A DNA stretch of 54,626 nt, counting the filler, from Catajapyx aquilonaris (Eukaryota): the NCBI GenBank assembly GCA_000934665.2. It is 2 parts of 2 records of this genome, joined end to end, with 100 filler letters (N's around TTAATTAATTAA, not from the genome) between each part and the next. Parts side by side here need not be neighbours in the genome. Positions count along the whole stretch, not along the records: positions 1 to 27,066 come from JYFJ02005119.1; positions 27,167 to 54,626 come from JYFJ02005120.1. One strand, given 5' to 3'. Both the position numbers and the translations under genes were made by a program. The notes beneath the pieces are model-generated. The model worked only from the letters and a program-made list of their open reading frames with translations, was not told the origin of the DNA and did not search any database. Shown here one piece after another: positions 26,976 through 36,534 of this stretch. Within the stretch, counting starts at the first letter, position 1. Each line of letters starts with the position of its first letter.

Positions 26976-27066
26976 GGGCCTCTTTACACGTTCCACAAAG
27001 TTGAAGCAACTTTGTTGCATGACGTCACTGCAACAAAGTTGACCGTGTAAACGTGCAGGCTCCACA
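26976..27066. mobile_element. Probable PIF/Harbinger-type MITE end, truncated by the assembly gap
   Basis: TAA (26973-26975) is followed by GGGCCTCTTTACACG. Inside are the hairpin CAACTTTGTTGCA-tgacgtcac-TGCAACAAAGTTG and an inverted CGTGTAAAC. The other terminus is not visible. Confidence 0.45.
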
Positions 27067-27166
27067 NNNNNNNNNNNNNNNNNNNNNNNNNNNNNNNNNN
27101 NNNNNNNNNNTTAATTAATTAANNNNNNNNNNNNNNNNNNNNNNNNNNNNNNNNNNNNNNNNNNNN
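27067..27166. other. Artificial assembly gap/contig linker, N44-TTAATTAATTAA-N44
   Basis: Exactly 100 bp and symmetric, with a central 12-mer (27111-27122) that places stop codons in all six frames. Confidence 0.97.
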
Positions 27167-27450
27167 TGAGATTTCGAGTGATGTCTCCAGCTTCATACAC
27201 TCGGTAACTTGTGTTTGGATACTCCTGAAAATGTTATGCAGCACATTACACTGACACATCCATCGCATGAAGTGCTTACCACACGTGTGAAGAGACCAGT
27301 CTGGACGGAATTATTCCAGGCTTGGGAAGCAATCACCAGCGTTGGAATCATCACTTCAAGGAGGGTCAACCACCACTGGTGCATGAGCATCGTCATGTTC
27401 TTCCATAACATCAGTTTTAGTTGCCATGCTCGAAGACGTAAAGCCCACAT
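27167..27450 (-). CDS. ABCA-subfamily transporter, tandem paralog 2; 5' end only (exon 1 27450-27280, exon 2 27224 into the gap)
   Basis: Exon 1 encodes MWALRLRAWQLKLMLWKNM...LLEVMIPTL (the ABCA N-terminal QLxLxxWKN motif), 40/57 aa identical to exon 1 of the complete copy and the same length (171 nt). A 55-nt GT-AG intron leads to exon 2, EYPNTSYRVYEAGDITRNL, matching EYPNTSYNVYEAGHITRKL in the complete copy. Confidence 0.85.
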
Positions 27451-27896
27451 TGCAACAGGTTCACACGACTAGTCCCTATACGTTTGTATCAGATTCCGAG
27501 TAGGCCTATACTTGCACAAATCATCGGCATTCCTCGATGGAGCTCCCAATTGTTCGTACCTCATGCAATAATTCATCAAATTCGCACATGCACAGTGGCC
27601 TTGATCACAAAAGCACACAGGTGCATCAGGAAACAAACAGACGACAGTTGGCAGTAACTATTGTATTTCACGATACATACACCTGCAAGGTTACTAACAC
27701 ATGTAATATATTATCAAAGCAATATATTTTGATTCTGTATAATTTCTTGTTTTTCGTTTCCATCTCTTGGTCCTTTGTCGCACTTACACTGAGGAATAAT
27801 AAGCTGTAATATATACAAGTGACTAATGCAAAATCTTCTGATACAAGATATGACAACACACTCTTTCTACAAATGCATTTGGCATTTTTCAATATG

Positions 27897-27902
27897 TTTA
27901 TT
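27897..27902 (-). terminator. Candidate polyadenylation signal (AATAAA) of the complete ABCA gene
   Basis: AATAAA about 570 nt after the stop codon, followed by GU-rich gagtgtgttgtc. A second AATAAA lies at 28019-28024. Confidence 0.45.
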
Positions 27903-28474
27903 TACAATTTTCACCAAAAGGGTATAGGAACTATTTTTTGCTTTGAATGGTGCTTGCACAGTGGACTGATAAAATATACCACAATATGTATATAATATAT
28001 TTCTGTTATTGATGTGGTTTTATTTGTATGATTTCAATATGGTAGTGTCCTTGGATGTTATAAAAGGTACAGGTGTCCCACGGATCAAAACACTCTCCAT
28101 TCAGGACATTTTTGCATTATTTCCAGTAATAATGAACCTGTCAATTTGCAAGCTCTCTTACTTTGTTGGGATCAATGTTAGATCTTCTTTCCCTTTCTCG
28201 CCAATAACATTCACACTTAATAATAATAATAATTGCGTAAATAAAATATTACATGAAAAATGCAGGTGAAGCAGCCAAGCAAGCATTTGGCTTCTTCCCA
28301 CATTAAAAAGAAACACGAATTCAAAAAGTCACGAGAACATGATCTTGGATTGTTTTGTAAGGAATACCGAATAATTTTAGTTAAGTCATAATATAAATAA
28401 TTAAGTACTTAAGGAGCACTTCACCTATAACTCAATGTATATGCAAATCTGCCTTAACCTGACGGCAGAGCAAC

Positions 28475-31400
28475 TTATGCATGTTTTTTCTTCCAGAACC
28501 ATTCTTTGCAAGTGGGAAAAAATGCCCTGTCATTGACATTGACAAGTGACTTCCTGCCGTTGTCATCTTTCGCAAATTCCAAGAAGACATCCTCCAAGTT
28601 GGTGGCTGACACAGAGTAGTCGGACACCAGGGACAAGTGACGCTTCAGGTTCTCCAGGTTGCGGAAAATGTTTGCCAGTGGGACGTCTGCGCTGTCCACT
28701 CTGTACTGCAACAGGCCCTGTTGAGATGAGAGAAGTACATCACACCCGACCAAATGATTTATTGTAACAAGGTCGTACCAAGTATTCGTCGACAAGCTGG
28801 CACGACACGCCCAGTAGTTGGGCTACCTGCTCCTTGAGGAATGGCAACTGCTGGTGCTTGTCATCTCCGTCGTCCTGCCTGAGGTCCAGCTTGATGGAAA
28901 TGTTCCAGCCGTGGTCAAACTTCCGCTTGAGGTGCTCTGGCCCCCCGAGGCACTTGATCTGCCCCCTTACGACGATGGCCATCCTGGTGCACATGCTCTC
29001 GACCTCCTCCAGCCCGTGGGAGGCCATGACCAGTGCCTGTCCACTGGCGCGGCACTTGGACAGCAGTCTCCAGAGCAGGCGACGCGACACTGGGTCCACC
29101 CCGCTGGAGGGTTCGTCCAGCAGCAGCACAGGTGGGGCCCCCAGCAGTGCAAGGCAAGTGCTGAAGCGACGTTGGGTGCCTCCCGAGCAGGCGCCAATGG
29201 GTCTGGAGGACACCCCACTCAGTCCAAGTGACCGCGTCAGTCGCTCTGCCTCCTCCCCAATGTCCACTGGGCCCATCCCTTTCAACCGCCCCAGGAGGAG
29301 GAGGTGCTCCATCCCCGTCAGCTCATCCAGCAGCCCACCGTTCTGGGGGCAGTAGCCCAGGAGCGGGAGGTAGCGCTTCCTCTCGCCCACGCTCTGGCCC
29401 AACAAATGGGAAGAGCCACACGTGGGCTCCAGGTCACCAGACAGCATCCGGAAAGTGGTCGTCTTCCCTGCCCCGTTCACACCCAGCAGTCCAAAGCACT
29501 CCCCCGAAGGAACCCCGAACCACAATCCAGACACCACTTGTCTGCCGCAAATGTCTTTGGCCAAGCCACGAACTGTCAGAGCGTCACACGATGACACCGG
29601 CATTGACTTGACCCGCGATATCTCTCTCTGCACATCTGGATCTGCAGTGTTTAGACACATTGCGGACTCCTTCACAGTCCTACGTGGAAGATACTCCAGA
29701 GCAAGAACTGCCAGAGCAAACGTCACGATATCGATGACGATGAATGTCAGTGCTTGGCCCAGTCCATACTCATTGCGACCAAAGGTCCACGTGAAGTACC
29801 CTTGGTTTACAGTTTTCGAGTCGCAGCACTTCCGCACCATCTTGTCCATGAAGGGCAGCACTGGAGAATTGCATATGATATTCCATGTGTCTGAATCCAA
29901 GCTGTGGCAAAACCCATTGTTGGTTGCAACAATAAGGATGTGACGCATGCCCAGGGACAAAGGCATGTTCGGACCAAGAAGGCTGCAAACCTGCAGCACC
30001 TTTGCGCCAAAGGAAGTGATAACTTTGGAGGCATAGTACATCATGGCCTGCATCGGCATAACTTGGCCTGTTTGAAGATGTTAGAAAAAATTTGTTTAAT
30101 TACAGGTGTAGAGTATAATTATTCATTTTATTTTCTCCAACTACAGCATTTTGCAATGGAAGACTGATCCGCACCATGGCAGATTTTTTTCAAGCAGTTA
30201 ATTACCATGGTGATGCCCACTCTTCCCCTGCAATTATGCCGTAAACATGTTGACGAGAACAGGCTTACCTAGAATCACATGAGCTGCAGCAATGGCTGTG
30301 AGTGGAATGCTTGCCTCAGATCCTAACCGGCTAAGCAAGTATGACATCGGGATTGTGCTCAAGCTGAATGAAGTGAACAGGACCAACATGGCCACGAGTG
30401 CGTCAAACTGGGACACACTTCCTCCAGTGTCGAAAGTAGCAAACATGGCAAGGATGAGGATGCTACCTGCAACAACCCGAATTGTGATGCCAATGCATAG
30501 TCTACAAAGTGCTGTTACGAACGCATTGTACGAACGGGTATTTTTGTCTTCACCGTGTAAACTCACCTGCAATGCAAATGCACACATCGTACACATAGTG
30601 AGACAGCCAGTAAATCATGGGGTCAAGTCCAGTCATCAGCTGCAGGTGCTTGAATGTTCTCAACCGCTCCTGGAAGTGAAGAGAATTTGTTGAGCAACAT
30701 TCTCCATGCTTCATAATTTAGCTTATAGACACCTATTGAGACTTGTCAATATGGGGGAAAAAAGTCAACCATAATAAGAACAACTGGAATGACCTCTGAC
30801 CTGGAGCGGCGGCGTGATGGCAAAGACTCCCATAGCAGAAAACAGGCCCGGAATGATCCCGATGAATAGTTCAACAATCATTGTGAATCGAGTAGTATTG
30901 CCCACTTGCAACAGCTTCGACTGCAACGAGCAATTACTTAAGGAGCAGTACTTTACATTACGTAATTGCGAACCCAGAGACCCACTTACAAACGGGCTGT
31001 TTGGCAGAGGATGATTTGTGACCCTGATGCCATACTGTGGACCAGCCAGATACTGGACCACTGCATTGTTGACCAGGTTCAGAGCAAGCCCTGCACTGTG
31101 CAGAGCAAAGGAAGAGTACATCGCCTTGGCAAGGAGGATGTCCGTCCCTGCAAAAATGTTCCGACAGTCCCTGTAAAACGCCACTGGACTAGACACCCTC
31201 ATGACGTACCATTTCCCTTCACCATGACCATCTCCACGGCGGCCAAGTAGTTGTGGATGTAGTCGTTTAGGTCACGTCTGGCAACTTCAAACAGCACGTC
31301 TTCCATGCTTGAATCTGGTGCTATACTTTGCACTCTCCCGTGAGTGATTACATTGAGTAGACTACTGACAGCCTGGTCCAGGTGCATTCCACTTCCATTC

Positions 31401-34400
31401 ACACGGATCAGCGTCACTGGATTTGCATAACTTTCGAGTGACATGGACAATGGGTCTTCAGCGTTGTGAAGGGACCCAACATGGTTACTAAATTTTACGC
31501 ATAACAATCCTGTCAAGGCTGCCAAGAACAGCTGGAAAGACACATGTCAATGTGGGCCTTCCTCAGTGCAATACGTTACTTCCATCGTATAACAATGCAA
31601 CAGGTGGAACGTTTAAAAATATTAGTGTCAAAAATTATTAATGGTCTTGAAAATAATTTACCAGTACTCACCACAAGCACGTTTTGAAACCAATGAAATT
31701 TGGCATATATGTGACGTTTGGCCATGAGGGCTTTGAACTGCTGCCACATCAGCTTCTTGCCTGTGCGCAAAGGCAACTTCCCTTCAATCATAATGGATGG
31801 CTCTCGATCCTCAATTTCATCATCGTTGTGCATGGTTTCATCACCAATTCTGAAAGTGTAGGTAGTACTGATCAGTTGCAAGGACAGATTGTATGACCTA
31901 GAATATAGTAGTCCATTCCAATGCTCAGTCCCTCATACTACAGTATATCAATACGCACTTGATGAAGACATCGTCCAGAGTTGTCAGTGACACACTAAAT
32001 GTCTCAACTCCAAGCTTCTGTTGCTCGCAGCTCAGTGCGTCCAGCAAGTCTGGCAACACACTGGTGTCGTGTTCAGTGAGGGCCCAGGTCACCTCCTCCC
32101 CCGCATCCTTGGTCACCTCTGCCTTCGCATGCTTGTTCAGAAATGCTCCAACATTCTCCTTGCAATTCCCCGAGGAAAGCACGACCCTCAGGCTGTACCC
32201 ACTGCCGCATCGTCTCTTGAGGAACATGGGCGACCCGCAGCAGGCGAGACGGCCACGCTTCATCACAGCAATCCTGTCCCCCACTGCATCCGCCTCCTCC
32301 ATGTAGTGGGTCACCAGGAGGATGGTGAACTCCTTCCGAAGCTCCTGCACGACCACCAAAGGGGAAGTCAAAGGAACGTTTCTATTCCATCAGTCGACCC
32401 CATACTTACGAGGAGAAGGTTCCACATGAAGTGACGGCTCTGAACGTCCATTCCGGAGGTGGGCTCGTCCAGGATGACCACCTTGGAGTGTCCCATGAAG
32501 GCCACTCCCAGGGACAGCTTCCTCTTCTGTCCCCCTGACAGGGTGGACGCCAGGGAGTCCGCCTTCTCAGACAGGCCCATCCTCTTCATCAGGCTGTTGG
32601 CTTGGTACAGGGCGGCATTGCGGCTCATTCCTTTCAGCTGGAGGGAATGGACTTCCTTATACTCATGACCAGAAGGCATATGTTGCAGAATATTTCATTG
32701 GAGTCACACGTTACCTGTCCGTACAGGAGGAGGTGTTCCAGCACAGTGAGTGACTGGAAATGCATTTCGTGCTGGGGGCAGAGCCCAACGGATGACATCG
32801 CAAGTTTAGGACGGGAACTTACATCCTCGCCACATACTGTCACTGTTCCGGAGGTTATTCCCGACATGCTAGCGATCATTCTGACAAGAGTGGTCTTTCC
32901 AGCTCCGTTGTGTCCAACCAAAGCAGTGATCTGTCCTCTGTAGGCATTCAGAGTGAGGTTTTCCACTGCCACCTGTCCACTTGCATACACCTTTCGGACA
33001 TTGTCTATCTCAATATCTGCTTCGAGATCTTCAGGTTCATTCTCGCATAGGCTCGGAGTGTCTCTGACAGACTGATGCCACACACTTCGGTGTCTTCTCT
33101 TGCTCTGAAATATACATGCATTGCAACAGGCAGGTTCTTGGTTATGCAATGGGTCATCCACAGAGTACATCATACTGGTACATAATTAATTTGGATTGAT
33201 GGGAGATACTTTTGCCAAGTGTCACAACTTGCTCAGGCATCACATGAAAGAAAATTATACCGGTATATGAAGCAACCCACAAAATCAAACCAAAGAAGAA
33301 CGTGACTGGTTATATTACGACTCTCATACCTTAAAAGGGAAATACCACGGCAATGGAACACCATATTTTCCTGGCCGAATGCTCGATATGTACCAGGCAC
33401 AAGCCAGTGCCAACACAGTGTCCAAGATGAACATGCTCATAATATCCAGCAGGCTGTACATCTTGTCCAATTCCACGTCGACACTGCTCCAATCAACCAT
33501 CACCTCTGGAATCATTCCAAGTCAGGCAATTATTACTCCACACCCAGTTCCCAGCAGTACTCACTGTTCCTTTCACCGCAGCCAATCTCATGGAAGGCCA
33601 TGGCAAAAGCCACATTTGGAAAAAGCATCGTCAGTATCCCCTGCCAGCCATCCATCGTGTCTCGTTGCAATTTCACTGGCATGAACAGCAGATGATAAGA
33701 CAGGAACCAAAACACTATGTTCGTTGCCAGCGCAGGATAAACTGTAATGTAACAGACAAATTATTGCGGAGATTGCAGAGAGAGGATGGGGTTGAAAAAC
33801 CTCTATCGCAATAGATAGTTCAGAACTATTAAGTAAAGCACGAGACATACTGTGTTGAAAAACTGATGAGATGGCAATGCATGTGGCAGAAGATGCGATT
33901 AGATGGAGTGTGAAGATGGCCAGGATGACACTTGGTGCAGCGTAGTTGTAAACAGCACCGGAGCCAAGTTCAAACTCGTGCGTCAACATCCATGTGTTGA
34001 CACACATTGGAATGAACATTACTAGAAGCAGGGTCAGCAGCCACGAGGCACGTTGCAGCCACGCTGGAACCCCATACAGCCTCAGCATCTCCTGGAAATG
34101 ATCTGCGATAGTATTCAGAGTTTCGAACAGATTGTGTAATGCCACCTACGACAGTGCCACCATCTTTTTCTCCGACATAGTTTGAGGCGAGAAGAATCAC
34201 AATGGAAATACCACTGGACATCATAACGTTACTTAGACTATTCATGTAAGTTTTGGTAAAGTTGACTATCGTCTTCCCAGCAGGTTGCGGCATCGCCTGG
34301 GCCATCACCTGAAATTACACTTTTAAACCCACTTGGAAAACAATGCCCACCGACTAATAAATGCAGAAATATTAATTTGCTTACAAATATTGGCGGAACC

Positions 34401-35415
34401 TCTGTGCACCTCTGGCACACCATTATGCTAAATGTCTGGTCCACTGCGATTTGCAGGCCCAGCAGGCCATACGATACATAGCTGGACACTGTAACAACGT
34501 CATGTCAATGTAGCGTTTCACCTTTCTCTAATTAGGTAGCAGCTGAGGCATTTACCTTCCCTTTCTGACCTGGGCTCTGGATTGCGGAAGGGGTCAAAGA
34601 GCAAGTCCGTCTTCCAGTGAAGAGGGTGTCGAATGGTGTAGACCAGTTGCCAAGGGGCACCCTCGCTGGGCAGTGACCTGGGGTCAAACACAATGGCCCC
34701 CAAGAAGAAAGGCTGCTTTGGCTCCAGGCTGGTCTGGTACGTCTCCATCACGCACTCCTCGTCTTCACACCCTCTCACTTCTGACAAGCGAAACGACGAG
34801 TTACTATCACTGAAATGCTTTGCACTCAAATAGTAACATCTCTCATAACTTGTGGACGGTCTTGTAACAGCATTATTTATTACCATGAGGCTTAAGTTCT
34901 AATTGTGCCCCAACCGTTTCCATAAGAGTGGTGGTGAATGGCGTTATGGGCGAGTACATGAGCTGCTTATTGCCACCCCACATGCTCAGTTTCAGCTTCC
35001 GAGTGATGTGTCCAGCTTCGTACACGTTGTAACTAGTGTTTGGATACTCCTGAAAAATTCATGCATTACACGCAGGAAACAACTAAGAGAGGAAAGCCCA
35101 GATCACTTCAATATCCCGCAGTAAAATTGTTTGAAATTAAGGCATCCGCAACAGTCATTACTTGCGTAACGTGATATTAGCCTGAGCATCTCTTACGAAG
35201 GTCCCTTACTCCATTACAATAAGTCGCAACATATCATTTCTTACCAGACTTGTAAAGAGACCAGTCTGCTCCGCATTCTGCCAGGCTAAAGAAGCAATCA
35301 TCAGTGTGGGAACCATCAATTCAATGAGGGCTAACCACCTCTGATGCATGATCGCAGTCATGTTCTTCCATATCATCAGCTGCAGCTGCCATGCTCGAAG
35401 ACGTAAAGCCCGCAT
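28475..35415 (-). CDS. ABCA: Full-length ABCA-subfamily (ABCA3-like) lipid transporter, 19 coding exons, about 1677 aa
   Basis: Phase-consistent GT-AG model: 35415-35245, 35049-34884, 34780-34556, 34488-34385, 34308-34150, 34091-33851, 33741-33565, 33505-33330, 33104-32715, 32637-32410, 32344-31959, 31849-31672, 31531-31210, 31147-30990, 30920-30801, 30669-30567, 30466-30269, 30067-28779, 28717-28475 (5034 nt including stop). Motifs: QLQLMIWKN; PGKYGVPLPWYFPF; NBD1 GHNGAGKTT, LSGGQKRKL, VILDEPTSG, THYMEEAD; TTLDDVF; KHLQLMTG; NBD2 GVNGAGKTT, CSGGTQRRF, LLLDEPSSG, SHGLEEVE; TNLEDVF. Confidence 0.95.
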
Positions 35416-35850
35416 TGCAATGGACACGACTTCGTACCTATAACATCCACGTACTCGCACAAATCAGCTACATTCGACAGCGGAGACCACAATTAATCGT
35501 GATGAAAATCAGGACGTCCCCACATTGCACATCGGCCTTGATCACAAAACAGATAGGACCATTACGAAGCAGCGAAACAGATGACAATAGGTAATAAATA
35601 TTATATTTCACGATAAATACATCTGCAAGGTTACCAGCACAGGTAATTTATCAAAGCAACTGTTGTAGAATTGCAGGGTTGGTTTTTGTTTTCTCTTCTC
35701 TACAGTCCTTCTTTACACCGAGAAATAGTAAAGGAAAAAAAAATGTACAAGTGACAAATGCAAAAAGTCTCCGGATACGTGATATGACGACACTTTCTTC
35801 ACACGTACACACACACATACACACATCTACGCCGAGAGTAAACACCACTT

Positions 35851-35856
35851 TTTATT
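35851..35856 (-). terminator. Candidate polyadenylation signal (AATAAA) of the RasGAP gene
   Basis: AATAAA about 680 nt after the stop codon, at the end of a U-rich putative 3' UTR, followed by a strong GU-rich tract (gtgtgtatgtgtgtgtgtacgtgtg, about 35825-35800). Confidence 0.6.
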
Positions 35857-36534
35857 AGAATGTGACACTAAACCAGACTTCGCAGCATTTTCGTTCGACA
35901 CTTGATTTCCTCTTTACTTCCTGATGAATAAATCACGGCTGCGTATTTGAGCAAAACCCTATGTACTTAAGAGACCTGTACGGACACCAAATATTTTCTG
36001 ATATGTCAAATACGTAGCGCTACAACAGCAGGTCACAAAAAAAAAAAAAACATTAAAAACTGGCTTCAAAATTTTCTGTTTTTAACCGGAAAAAAAGCCA
36101 ACAACAAACTACAACTATAACGTAAAACTGTTGCTATCCACACGCCTCGTTCAAACTCCAACAAAATTATTGCACTTTAAAAAATTTCCTATCGTTCCAA
36201 CCTGAACAATGAACCTAACGCTAACTAATTTTTTTTATACAACAGTTACCCTAAGTGCACAATAATAATACACAAAAATTAACATAAAAAAAATTCAACA
36301 GTCTGTAAAATCATAACAATCCTTTGGTAAGTAAAAAAGTCTCTTTCCTAAATCCGTATAATCATAGTACCTGGTTAGCAAAAGAAATTTCGGGTGTCCT
36401 CCGTATTCGCAACAAACCTGGAAATGTCTGGAAACCGACCTGGAAAAGTCCTCTCCTCGTCTTGGATTAGCTTACAGGCAAATTTCCAGTCATTTGCGAA
36501 CACAATTTCCGTCTCTTGGGTCACAGGTCACTTC

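Noticed and set aside
21771..27066. Downstream GPCR exons (TM3 ERY motif onward)
   Set aside because: Not found on the plus strand by eye, here or after the gap; a small exon could have been missed.
27111..27122. TTAATTAATTAA as a biological motif (for example piggyBac TTAA sites)
   Set aside because: Centred in symmetric N runs; it is an assembly linker.
28546..30167. Multiple long plus-strand and alternate-frame ORFs over the ABCA NBD2 region
   Set aside because: Shadow ORFs caused by GC-rich codon usage of the real minus-strand CDS; no independent motifs.
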